A stretch of 64,000 nt of DNA from Takakia lepidozioides (GCA_030704615.1 CM060731.1:43214001-43278000), one strand, 5' to 3'. Positions 39,013-51,049 are shown, counted from the stretch's first letter. Translations and numbers: made by a program. Notes: a model not told the origin generated them from the sequence alone.

Positions 39013-40652
39013 CATCAACTATGCAATGTGGTATGTGGACGACCATGATTTGAAATGTATAATTCACATCAATTCGTCGGCGGTGCAATGATATGGCCTC
39101 CAACTATACGGAGTGAGCTCTGAGTGGCAACTTTTAAAAGCACATTTGTCATTGCACCGTTCAAAGTCTACATGTCTTGCTGTCGCTATGCACTACAATC
39201 ATCTTTTGAAGATGATCCTAACTCTCATTGTTATTTGAGGAGAGAGGAAGGTCTTCTTGTGGCAGCCTCTATGGCGCACACTTTGTGAGGATATTTTCTC
39301 GTCCTCGTAATTGTAAAAGTGAAACAAGCATTTGTAATTGCACAATGTTGGATGCTACAATTGTAGGCCTCATGGTAGTCTTGATTCTATTTAGGCAAGA
39401 TTCCCTGCATTAATTCCATGGTCATAGGACCATCCTCGGTTATAGGCGGCGCATGTTAATGCTGACGTGGCAAATGACGGACAGTGCCACGTCATCATTT
39501 GCCGCCACATCAGCATGCTGACATGACGCTCACGCCACGTCAGCGTGGGTGCAGGCTCACGCCACGTCACTCCTGCGTGAGCATACGCTTGCGCGCTCAC
39601 TCACACTGCTCACGCCATTGCGTCGTTGGAATTCACCTAGTCCTAGTGAAGAAGCTAACAGCTGCAGCCGAAGCTTGGTCGCCAAGCACTGCGAGGTCCG
39701 GTTCATTGGATAGCTGTGATCCAGAGTATTACAATTTTGATAACTATCATGATCCAGGGCCTGATTACGTCTGTCCCAGAGAGCAGGAGCGAGAAATTGA
39801 GAGGGACATAGCTCGTTCACAGGAGTATGATGCTACAGTGTGTAACTTACTTTCTGTTGATCAATTCTGGTTTGACAAGATAGAGATTGCGGTGCAACGG
39901 GACATATCCTACTTCACTGAGAGTCGAGTTTCGGCGCCCAGACGACCTGACTCTGACCCAGCGGTGATCGCTGCGGACTCTCTCTCTGCGACAAGGCAAG
40001 TTGTGGCTTCGAGGAACGCTGCTCGTCTGTCTTGTGATGTGGTCAAGTCCCGTTTCTTGAATCATCAGGCTCTGTCGTGGAAAGAACTGGGGCTTCATCT
40101 TCCCTTATCTATTGAACGTGTTCATCGTGATTGGCTGGTTTTCTCCTTTGTCGAGCCATCTTGGCTGTCGTTAGCTCTTCAAGGTACGGGCTCTCTCGTT
40201 CTACGTCTTCTTCGTTTCCATCATGAGCCCAGCAAGGGTTTGCCACTGTCGATTGACCTGCTTCAAGGACTGTAGTCGGATAGTCTGTTTGGCCGAGCTT
40301 CCGACATTGTCATTTTTCCATGGACTTTATTTGACGATCAACGGCTTGTTAGACCTGAGATGCTTGAAAATCTTGATCGCTTTCCTGTTGATTTAGTGCT
40401 ATCTCGCATTTGGGAGAAGGAGAACTCTACCTGTGTGTCCTTTTGGGTTAAGACCACGAGCACGTGGAAATGGTGGGCACTCTCCATGCACAATTCTGAC
40501 TCTCACGACATCACCAAGGTGATCTCCTATTCGACCTGGCCCTGCTCGCCGACTTTGGCTTAATCAGAACTCTTGTTGGTATTCGTTGCTTCCAGGTTAT
40601 CTCTCTACTATTCCTATATCTTGACATAGTTTAATCAGAACAAAATATTTTC

Positions 40653-42674
40653 TTGTTCGTGTTTGGACTCGTTGCTTCCTGTTGTATGGTAATAAACACT
40701 GTTAATACTTGGCTGAGGTCTGGGAGGCAACGTGTTGCGATGGATGCTCCCGATCTGGCCACAACGGAATCAGCCCTTGTCGAGGTCAGAGAGCCGGGTC
40801 TTCCATCACCTACAGGTAATTTGAGGGACAATCTGCGAATGCAACATGGGATGGTAAGTCTAGATGAGGGATCGCCTCTACCAGAGGCCAGTCTCTCTAC
40901 CGATTTATCTTGTGAAGATGGTATTGTTTCCCAAGAATTAGATGATATTCAGGTGACGCCCGCTGGTCTCACAAAGATAGTGCAATTTGAAGTTCCAGGG
41001 GTCACTATGTTGCCTGGCAATGGGCCTGTGGTGCCAAGTGTAGTTGGTACTGGTAATTTTGTCACTAACAAGGGCCTGTCCGCAGTTGCTGATCAGCTAG
41101 CCTCTACTCGACATATGGCCATGATGCCTGGCCTGTCTCAAGTTACAAGAGCCAGTTCTTTGGGTGGTATTTCCAGGCATGCCATCCATCCCCCTTCTTT
41201 AGACCCGATTGCTAGTGGTGTATGCAATGCAAATGTGCAAGTCCCAGTGGGAAGGGCTAATGTGAGCGGTATGCCAGCCCCGTCACATGCTCGTATCAAC
41301 GTAGGAACTGCTGCTGGTTTGCCTGTTTCTATGGTGCATGTTCCTAATCCCGCTCTTGGGGGAGGAATTGGTGTGTCTATGACTTCTGGATTGTCTGTTG
41401 GCATGAATACTGCTTGTTCTAGCTCTAGTGTAGGCGGTCAGTCAGCCCAGCAATTGGGAAGGCCACCCATTCCCACCATGAGTGGAGTGGCTCCAAACCA
41501 AGCAACCATGGTCAGTCAAGTTGTTCAGTCAAGGCCTGTGTTTCATGCACCCCGGGTGGGCGTGACAACATTACCGCCTAGCCTGCCATCTTTGTCATTT
41601 CAAGGTCCCTCTAATGTCATGAGTAACAACTATGTCCCGGTTACTAGTGGGGTCCATGCTATGAATACAACCACCAATCAGACTCAGGCTATGGCTCATT
41701 GCTGCCCGGCCCATGGATCTGCTCAGCCTGGTCACATGAATCATAGTTTGCCCTGTCACTTGCTTCCTCAGCTCACTACCCAGCCCTATCCAAAATACAC
41801 AATGGGAGAGGACTTTGATAGATATCTCCAGATGTTTGAAGTGATTGTTAATGTGAATGGAGTGCCTGAGAATTTTAAAATGGCAATTTTTAGAATGAGC
41901 GTGAAGGGACCAGTCCGTGACTTGTTGCATGCAGCTGTCATGGATGACCCCTATCTCACTTGGGCATCCCTTGTGGAATGGGCTAAAACCTTGTTCAAAC
42001 CACCTGAAAGACCCTTGGACTGCTTCACCAAATTAAACTCCAGGACTTACCAGCCAGGAGAGTCCTTGTGGAAGTATTACGTGGATCTAAAATTTGCTGC
42101 TGCAGACAATATCATTGATCTAGCAGAACGTGATCGAATGGTGAAGACCTACTTTCTCCTTGGCTTGCCCCATGGTATTCAAAATTGGGCCCAACGTCGT
42201 CATTTTGTCAATGACAAAACTATGCTAGCTGAAATTAATCTTAAGATGGCAGACTTAGCTGACAGCAAATCAATGCAAACTCATGCCAAGTTTCAAGCTC
42301 CAGTGGGCTCCGAGCTTGGCATGGCTGCAACATCTTCACTTTATGTCCCGCCTGCTATGCAATGTAAGTCAGATAATTTCACTCTTCAAGGGCTGGCCAA
42401 CACAGTGGGTAGTCTAAGTGAGTCAGTTGCCACTCAGTTCGCTGCCATGCAAGCTCATCAGCAACGATGGCAGCCTAGACAGCCACAAGCACAGACAGGT
42501 GGTAGCAACAGAGGTCGTACCCAAACAGGTCAGGCCTATGAAGGCAACCGAGCCGCATGCTACATATGTGGGTCTTCTGAACATTGGACCAAGCACTACC
42601 CTGATAGAGCAGGCCTACCAGAGCTGCTTAAAAACAAAAAGGCTGCCAGTGGTTCCAACCCTCCTTTAAACTAG
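40653..42674 (+). CDS. gag: Ty3/gypsy Gag (element 1)
   Basis: 673-aa ORF with a capsid-like region (YPKYTMGEDFDRYLQMFE...YQPGESLWKY) and a degenerate zinc knuckle CYICGSSEHWTKHY, directly upstream of pol. Confidence 0.85.
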   Translation: MFVFGLVASCCMVINTVNTWLRSGRQRVAMDAPDLATTESALVEVREPGLPSPTGNLRDNLRMQHGMVSLDEGSPLPEASLSTDLSCEDGIVSQELDDIQVTPAGLTKIVQFEVPGVTMLPGNGPVVPSVVGTGNFVTNKGLSAVADQLASTRHMAMMPGLSQVTRASSLGGISRHAIHPPSLDPIASGVCNANVQVPVGRANVSGMPAPSHARINVGTAAGLPVSMVHVPNPALGGGIGVSMTSGLSVGMNTACSSSSVGGQSAQQLGRPPIPTMSGVAPNQATMVSQVVQSRPVFHAPRVGVTTLPPSLPSLSFQGPSNVMSNNYVPVTSGVHAMNTTTNQTQAMAHCCPAHGSAQPGHMNHSLPCHLLPQLTTQPYPKYTMGEDFDRYLQMFEVIVNVNGVPENFKMAIFRMSVKGPVRDLLHAAVMDDPYLTWASLVEWAKTLFKPPERPLDCFTKLNSRTYQPGESLWKYYVDLKFAAADNIIDLAERDRMVKTYFLLGLPHGIQNWAQRRHFVNDKTMLAEINLKMADLADSKSMQTHAKFQAPVGSELGMAATSSLYVPPAMQCKSDNFTLQGLANTVGSLSESVATQFAAMQAHQQRWQPRQPQAQTGGSNRGRTQTGQAYEGNRAACYICGSSEHWTKHYPDRAGLPELLKNKKAASGSNPPLN

Positions 42675-42724
42675 ACAGACCTCTTGGGAAGGGGGCAAGA
42701 GGTCCACCAGTCACCAACCCTTCC
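42665..42724 (+). promoter_or_regulatory. -1 programmed ribosomal frameshift signal (slippery heptamer plus H-type pseudoknot)
   Basis: T TTA AAC at 42665-42671, in the gag frame just before TAG. 6-nt spacer; stem GACCTCTTG (42678-42686) with CAAGAGGTC (42696-42704); loop GGAAGGG can pair with CCCTTCC (42718-42724). pol is open in the -1 frame. Confidence 0.85.
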
Positions 42725-44715
42725 TCTCTCATTCCTTTGCAAGCTGTGTTGTCTACTTATTTCAAAGCTTTGCATTGTCCTCTAAGCAGGCAGACCTCAG
42801 GACAACAGATCAGCCCTCTTATGGCCCAATGCCATATTCACGAGTTGAGTTTCCCTTGTGTAATCGACACGGGTTGCACCATATCTGCTATGCCTCTAAA
42901 TATTGTGAGAGTTCTTGGTCTTAAGTTATGCCCTGCCTCTGGTGTTGAAGTACTAATTGCGGATGGGTCCAGATATGAGCCTCTAGGTTTGTCATTGTGC
43001 CTATCAAGATTCACAAGAAGGAGGTCGTGGTTACATGTATAGTCACTCTAGGCGATCAATTCTTGCTAGGCCTTGATTGGATGACTGGAGCTGGTGCAAC
43101 CATCAGTCTGGCTGATTACTCCCTCCGATTTAACAATGGAGAGGGCCATGAGGTCATTGTTCCATTGAAGGCTGTGAAACTTAGAGCTGGATCTGCCATA
43201 GCCAATCTATCCAGAGTTTAGGCAATGGTGAAAGAGGTACAACAGAACTCTCACTCCAGCCTCAATTGGAATGATTTTTACAAACTTCAGCCTGATCTGC
43301 AACTCTTATATCAATGGCATGTTCCTAGTGCTGATGGTAGAACAGGGATGCCTATAGCTATCCCAAAAAATTCTACTCTGATTCATGCACCCTTGAACGT
43401 CACCATCCCTGCTATGACCCAGAAAGTAATCAAGTCTGGTCTGGCTTTTTTATGCCCAACTGCTCATTTCCTGGAAGTAGAAGGTTGGCGGAGACTCACT
43501 GCTCTCAAGCATTGCTTGGTGGCTACTGGGTTATAGATAGAGGATATAGGGAGGAGGTCAAAGTGTTACTTGCTAATCCGGAGCACTTTCATGTGACCAT
43601 TAAGAAAGGGCAGGTCCTGGCTCGTATCACTGCTCTGCCCATTGCTGAAATCCAAGAAGTGCAAGTTGGCTTTGGGCTGGAGGCCATTGGCATTCAACAC
43701 GGCCCTACGGATGTTGTTGCTGCCTTTGCTGCTCTAGCACCACCACCTCTCCCTGATCTCAGTCCTGCAGGTAAGAAGGCTCTTACCAAAGTGTTGTTTG
43801 AACTTACATTAGGAAGTACCCTCTCCCCTGGCCAAAAGAAAAGAGTAGAACTGCTTGTTGCAAAAAATCTCGATATTTTCAGCTTGGGATCTACTGATCT
43901 AGGGTGTACTCCCATCCTTCAACATGACATCGTCACTGAGGGACCTCCTATTAAACAATTTGCGTACCGAGAAAGTATTAAGGAATGTGCCATCGTTCAG
44001 GAGGAAGTCCAGAAGATGCTTGATGCTGGTGTGATTAAGCCATCAATCTCCCCTTGGGCCAGTCCCATTGTCCTGGTTGGTAAGAAAGATGGCACTACTC
44101 GCTTTTGTGTTGACTTAAGGAAATTGAATGACATCACTAAGAAGGATGCCTACCCTCTACCCAAGATCAAGGAAACCTTAGATCAATTGCATGGTGCTAC
44201 CATTTTCTCCTCTCTTGACCTTGCATCTGGTTTTTGGCAAGTTCCTCTCACTGAAGCAGCCAAGGAAAAGACTTCCTTTGTGTGTCGCATGGGCAAGTAC
44301 CAATACGAAACCATGCCCTTTGGCTTATGTAATGCTACCTCTACCTTCCAACGCCTCATGGACATTGTCTTAGGTAATCTTCGCTGGGAATGTGCCTTGA
44401 TTTATGTTGATGATATCAATGTATACTCAGCCAACTTTGATGCACACTTGACTGATCTGCAACGTGTTTTCAGCAAATTACGAACTGCGGGACTTAAGGT
44501 AAAACCCAAAAAGTGTGAGCTGTTTATGCCTGAGTTATACTTTCTTGGGCATATTCTGTCCAAGGATGGTTTGCTTCCTGATCCTGCCAAGCTTGAGTCT
44601 GTTTGGGGCTTTCCTATTCCCAGGGACAAACATTGCATCAAATCCTTCCTTGGTCTGGCCTCCTATTAAAGGCGCTTCATAAAGAACTTTGCACAACTTG
44701 CCCACCTCTGACCAA
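42671..44715 (+). pseudogene. pol: Ty3/gypsy pol (element 1): protease, dUTPase-like domain and RT; truncated before RNase H and integrase
   Basis: Protease VIDTGC; dUTPase-like TIPAMTQKVIKSGL...VATG/VIDRGYREEVKVLLAN...IKKGQVLARI (~43390-43635); RT SPWASP, RFCVDLRKLN, LDLASGFWQ, MPFGL, YVDD. Confidence 0.88.
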
Positions 44716-47700
44716 GGTATTGTGCAAGGATGCCAGGTGCGATAGGCCACTGCAGCAGGCAGCCCCCACCACGTTGTAGCCCAGTGGTAATGGCCACATA
44801 CCACCTCAAGAGCGATTGTGGGTTCAATCCATGGAGTGGTGTCACAAAGTTGTGCCTTATGGACCATAATTTTCACCTCCCAAAGGAGGAGTCATATATT
44901 ATTATTAGGCCAGATCCCACACATCCATGCTACAGTGATCTATGAGCCTTGAGGCATATTACTATTCTTAACATGTTTAAAGAATTGATAAAATGGAACT
45001 CAAACTTTTATTTTAATTCTTGTGTTGAATGAGCAATACATATTCATGGTATATTTTGAAGGAATGTCTCTTAAAATATAATTCATTATTAGGATTTAAA
45101 GTTTTTCCAGCAAAAAACAATATATCCCTAATTAATCTTATTTTTCTAATTTATTTAATCAATTAATTAGGACCCGGATCCAAACCCGTGAACCCGCTAA
45201 TATTTCCCAACAACTACCCAGACCCTAACCCGAGTTCGTGTGGACAAACCCGAACCCAAACCCGCGACCCGGATTTTTTAAATTTCAAAAACTCGGATCC
45301 GGACCCGGACTTGGCTCCAAAAAACAAACCCGAACCAGGACCCGGTGGGTTCCTTAAAAAGGCAGGACCCACACAACACTGGTAGCTACAAAGAAAGTGC
45401 CACGAGTAGGCTCCATTGTCAAGTTATTTTACCACTAGTGTGAAGTTAGCTAGGAAATAGCTAGCTTTTATATATTGACATTTGGGATTGACCCAAGTGT
45501 CAATCCAGGGGCCAATACATGTTTGGGCACCTGGCGTTGTTATCTTCACGGCAGATCGCGGTGGGCTCATCTTTCTCGAGTTGAGCCTCACCGCGTCTAG
45601 CTATGGCGCCGTAGTATGGATTCCCCATGGCGTGGGGTGCACTTGGCTCGACTTAATATATGAGTGATGTTTTCATATGCGAGTGTGTGAGTTTGAGAGA
45701 GCTTGTATGCTTGTATCATTCCTTTCTTTATCACTCGAGAAAGATGAGCTCGAGTCTGTGAGTGCCAGGTTCAAGTTAGTTGTGTAGTACTTGTGTTTTC
45801 AGATCATGAAAAGCGGTTCAGCCTAGAGTGCAGGGATCCGTGCATGAGCCTATCCAAAGTGGATAGAGTGCAAAGGCGAACAGGTTGCAGGTTTGCAATG
45901 GATAGAGAGGCGAGTAGCCTATGTTGAAGAGCGGCGTTGCATAGCTCAACGCTATGGCAACCAAGTTTGGGCTTCTAGTGTGAAGCGGAGGAGATGTTGG
46001 CCACGAGTGGGCGAACTGGTGGTCGTCTTCTTCAGCTGCAGGCCGAGTTAAGGAGCTGCAGAAATGTGGGCTGCGCATGGAAGCTAACATGTTGCAGGTT
46101 GGAGATGACATGATCAGCTCCAAGTATTTCTGCCCGAAATCAGTTGTTGCGGGTAGATGAGGAGCAGCCGAATGGTGGAGCTGCAAAGAGATGCATCGCA
46201 GCCCGTTGGGAGCTTCAGCTCCAAGCTCATGAAGAGGTATGAGTGAAGAGAGGGGGCTGGTCCCTCTTGTGTGCAAATCAGTGCACTTGTGAAACATGTG
46301 CTGAGTTGGAGTTTCAATCTGAAACTCAGCAGTGTAAGGGCTCTTGGAGTAGCAAGAGCGGGGCTGGAAGGGCAGCAATGAGGCGCCCTAGAGCCAAGGG
46401 AGATGCATGAGAAGTGCAGGTGCACCAAGTTTATAAAGGTGTGTATTTTCAGATTTGTTTTTGTGAGCTTCATGAAGAAAAGGGAGCTTGTTGGGCAGCA
46501 TATAGCTTCCTTGTTGAGTTGGAGGCACTTCTAGTGGGCCGTGAGAGCTCAGGAGTGCAGGGCGACGGGGTTGATGGCTCCGCAGAAGCCATAGCTCGTC
46601 GGCAGCAGGTGCAGGAGAAAACCCCAGCTCGGGAACGCGTGGGAACGTCGGGAACGCCTCGGGAACGCCTCGGGAACTCGTTGGGAGTTCCAGGGATCGC
46701 AGGGAATAGTGGTCATGATGGGCCGTTGGGGCGGTATCACGAGATACCACGAGCCCAGGTCGTGATGGTTGACCGTGACCGTTGACCGTGACCGTTGGAA
46801 GTCGTGGTGCGGATACAACGGGTGGGCACGGTGACCAGATCGTGGGGATGGCGGGCCGTGAAGGCTCGTGGGAGTGGTACCATGGGGTATCACTGGGCAG
46901 CCCGTGGCCAACGAGTGCCTAGGGCGGGCCGTGAGGAGTAGTGGCGGTTGGAGCCACGGAAGGCCGCGAACAGTTAGAGTGAAAAAAAAAAAAAAAAAAA
47001 AAAAAATCTTTTTTCACTCGTTTCGTGGGACCTTGATGGGGAGGTTGGGCTCTGAAGAACAACGGTTTTGAGCTAGCTGATCTGGCAGAAAAGACGGAAT
47101 TGCCTCCCTGTTGCGTTTTAACAAAGGGGATTACTTCCCTGCACGTAATCTTTTCGGGTTTTCAGCCCAATTCTTAACTATGGGGAAGACCAGCCTGCAG
47201 GTAATTCCTTTGGACAGAATGTTGTTGGGGCCTATATGTACCTCTATTTGCTCCATTTTTGAACCTTCAGTGAACGGTGTGGTTTCCTGAGGTGGTTCCA
47301 TTCGGAGGAATGGCTGGTGGACGTAAGGAGGCACTGGCGGACCCTGTGGAGGCTTGCATGGGGCCTTGGAGGCCAAGTTTCATGAGCTCGTGGAGGGCGG
47401 TTTGAGGAGTGTCTACAGGATGCTCTCATGGTCATGCAAGTGAGAGAAGAGAGGAAAAAAGAGGGTGTTGGGATGAGAGCGTGTTTGGGATAGGCATTGC
47501 TTTAGCTTCTCTTCCTCATAGCTTTTCACCTTCTTTGTAGGCCGAGACCTTTCTGTAGGTGGAGGCAAGAGTCAGTCCGGGTTTGGGCTGGCTTGCAGGA
47601 GCGACACTGTGGAGTTGTTTTTGGTGTGGGGGAGTTGTTGTTTTCATTCTTGTGTTTGGATCCCCTCCACACCTGCATGCTTGATTGTGCGCCATGCTAG

Positions 47701-49523
47701 TTTTGTGTGGGCGCTTGATTTTATAGGTGGTGGACTCGGGCTTGATCGCTGATCCCACCCTAGAGCATGTTGTCGATGGTGAGGCTGGGGTGATGACCAG
47801 TCAGACCATCTTTGTTTCTCCTGTGGTGAGGTTGGAGGTGATGACCAGCCAACCATAGGAGTACCCGGGGATGCAGGTGCAGGCTATGTTAGGAACCTAG
47901 TATTCCAAACCATAAGCCGCATCAGGTTTTCTACTCGGTTACCTTGTGGAGAGGGGGTTAGAGACAGGTTCATGACCGGTTGAGTGCCAGTTTGTCAACA
48001 CGGAGGTGCCACTAGTTGTTGGGGAAAGTGCCGGTACGAGCACTAGCGATACTAGCGGGTATACGAGACGAGGTGTGCGGTATAGGCCACCTTCACCTCC
48101 TGTGTCTTCTACGGAAGGTTCTGATTCGGATTGTGAATCAGGAGGACTCACACCGGCGGTGCAAGTTGTTTCCTTACCATTGTTGTGGGACACGATGGAG
48201 GAGATGTATGGAGCCACCAAGGGGCCACGAAGGTACTCTGGGGCGGTGGGCACCATTGAGTTGGATGATTTTATCCAAGAGTTTGATAGTTGGTGTGACT
48301 TGCAGCAAATGCGCAATCCACAACTGTTTACGCATTTCATGGCATGGAAGGGGTTGTTTTAGCACCTTGAAGGGCCGCCCATAGACGATTACCATGAGTT
48401 TAGGCGGGGGCACAATGTTGAGATTGAGGAGTGGAGGATGTACTGGTCACCCGACTATGTCTCCATCACAGAGGCACTAGAGACACAAGGGCAACAGTTG
48501 CACCAGCAGCAGCAGCTACAATAGCAGCTTCCACGAGCAGTAGTGAGACTAGTGGTACAACAACTACGACGTCCACCCAAGCTATTGCTGCACCAGCACC
48601 AGTGGCGGTGCCTGCCTTCAACCCTATTGTGGAGTTCTTCGAAGAGTTGAGAAGGAACTACCAAGGGGTGAGGACAGAGAAGTTGAGGAGCTTGCAAGAG
48701 TTCCAACGGAAGCCTACTGAGAGCTTGAGGGAGGCTTTCACTCACATGAGGCGCTTGATTAATGTAACCCAAGGGGTTACGGAGGCTCAGGCAGTCCGGT
48801 TCTGGTACGGGATATTGGACAAGGAGCTGAGGAGAAGGGTGCGGGATGCAACTCTCCTACAAGCGGCCCAACCCACCTTAGCAAATGTGTTTTTGCTGGC
48901 AGAGCGGATAGAGCTCAACATTGTGGAGGAACGAGTGGTCATGGTGGGATTTGCTAAGGAGGCACCACCGGGTAGTGGTGCCCCTGGCCAGCCACTACCT
49001 CAATGTGCTCAAGGCAGCAAGGGGGCTCAGGTGAAGCCCAGGGAAGGGCAGAGAGGACCTCAGATGCAGGGGTCTCTCCCTTCATTTGTTGGCCAACAAC
49101 GGGCGGATGTGGTATGCTGGACATGTGGAGGACCCCATGTCAAGAAGGATTGCCCAGAGGGAGGCAATGGTTTGGCACTGGCATAGCCTGCACAGGTGCA
49201 GTGTGGGCATTGTGGCAGGTACGGGCATGGAGAGGCCCAGTGCTATGGTTTGCACCCTGAGTTGCACCCAGGCCAGTTCCAAGGGAACAATGGTGGCCGG
49301 GGGTGAGGTGGAGCAGCCCAGAGAGGACGAGGTGCAGGCCAAGGGCAGGCTCAACATGGCCAAGGACGCGGAGGTCAGGGTGGTGACCAAGGCATGGCCA
49401 ACCAGCTTCAGCAGCTAGAGCAGAGGCTCGCTGCCATGGCCACAGCTCAGGTGGTACCGGCTCCAAGGTTGGATGGTCCACCTCCTGCTCCTGAGGGAGG
49501 AGACTTAGGAGGCATGGGATTCA

Positions 49524-49700
49524 TGTGCGGGGCAGCACTACCACTAGTAAGGGGTGCCACTACCACTACCACTATGGGTGGGGCACCACTACCACTGGTG
49601 AGGGGTGCCACTACCACTACCACTGTGGGTGGGGCACCACTACCACTAGTGTCGGGCAGTACTACCACTACCACTATGTGCGGGGCAGGACTACCACTAG
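49524..49700 (+). repeat. Three 60-bp tandem repeats (GAxLPLVxGxTTTTT) between gag and protease
   Basis: Unit ggggcaccactaccact(a/g)gt...ggg...actaccactaccact repeated with period 60. Confidence 0.85.
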
Positions 49701-51049
49701 TGCAAGTGGAGTCAGCTGCGGCAGTGACTCGAGGAGTAGCACGAGTTCTTGAGCCACGGGGTGCGGAGGTGGAGTTGGATCCACAGCGTGGGGAGACAAG
49801 CCGTCAGGCCAGGCTTCCTCAGTCATTCACATTGGTGGAGACAGTGTTGACGCCGTCCATGGCACCTAGTTCTCGCCCGACTGTTACCGAGGCGGAGGTT
49901 ATTATGCCATTGGGGAGAGCTACACGGGCAGCACCACTACCTAGTGTTGCCAAGGCTACGGCAGCTAGTGTGCTGCTGGGGGTGGCCACAGCTGTGTGCT
50001 AGGCTCCATTGTTCTCGGCTACCATGATTGCGACGCCAGGGGTAAGACCAGCTGAGATGTTTAGGCTGGCAGTGACACTCTATGAGAGTGGGGAGGTTAC
50101 TTCATCTTCTGCGGAGATAGTGGGAGGTGTAGTGCCGGAGGGATCCTCGGATGTGAGGGTCAAGACTGCCACGGTGGCGCCATAGCAAACTGCAGCTGCC
50201 AGGTTGATGGAGCTGTCAGCTAGGCCAGCCATTGAGCGCGCCATGGTGACACCTGGAGTTGTCATGTTAGACAACCAGGATGACATTTTCTGTTTGAGTG
50301 GACCGGCAGGCAAGAGGTACCGGCCACTGCGGGTCTTGTTGGACTCAGGAGCTCAGCCATTGATGCTGGGCAGAGCTGCTATTGCAGGCTTGGGCCTCAC
50401 GGAGGCGGATATGGAGCCATGCCCTTTCCAGATACAGACATCTCTGGGAGGATCAAAGCAGGCTCGGGGCATAACACGGCATGAGTTGGCTATTTGACTA
50501 CAGCCGGATCATCCTACAGATGGCTCAGTGATGAGAGCCAAGGCCATTGTGACAGACGCGGTCTCGTACGATGTCCTTGTTGGTGGGGCAGTGTTATACC
50601 CCATGGGCTTTACCCTGGATTTTTGGGAGGAGTCAGCTTCATATAGGCCTGGATGGCAGTCAGGGGAGGGTCGGCGTGTGCAGCTCCCTGTGGCGTTCAT
50701 AGGAGGAGTTACGGTTGCCCAGCGAGGCAAGATGCCAACACTGGCAGCATTCACAGCCGCGATGACTTGGCCTGGAGAGTTGTTGGATGGCAACACTCAT
50801 TCAGAGGATGTGTCACCTCCGGGAGAGCAGGATGACATGTATGGTATGGCGGAGTTGCCTGCCATGGTTGGTCACACTCCATTGTGGGGCTCGAGCAAGG
50901 ATTTACAGCGGGTTGCTGATTGTCGTTTGCAACAAGCCTGGGTAGAGGCTTTTGTACCGTCAGAAGAGGAGGACAGTGCGGGGATTGCACCAGGTCCACC
51001 TTAGTTGTCACCATTGGACACCACACCAATCATGTGGCAGTGTCCGGAT

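Larger units (their letters stand above)
29054..39616. mobile_element. Mutator-like DNA transposon (~10.5 kb) with two divergent genes
   Basis: Imperfect TIRs GGCGTGAGC..GTGAGCGCG..GCTCACGC at both ends, with GCCACGTCA-rich subtermini. Encloses a DDE/SWIM transposase and a second multi-exon gene. The TSD is degenerate (about 6 of 9 positions). Confidence 0.7.
27909..45381. mobile_element. hAT-family element (17,473 bp including nested insertions); no hAT transposase seen
   Basis: TIRs CAGTGTTGTGCAGGTCC and (rc) CAGTGTTGTGTGGGTCC. Perfect 8-bp TSD GTAGCTAC (27901-27908 and 45382-45389). Dense ACCCG/CGGGT subterminal repeats at 27925-28125 and 45170-45350. Confidence 0.9.

Noticed and set aside
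47780-47860. Hammerhead ribozyme or box C/D snoRNA
   Set aside because: The core is GTGATGA rather than CTGATGA, and there is no properly placed GAAA or box D.
45390-47900. 5' LTR and PBS of the DNMT gypsy element, possibly split by the hAT insertion
   Set aside because: There is no second LTR in the window to compare with, and no convincing TG...CA plus tRNA-complementary PBS.
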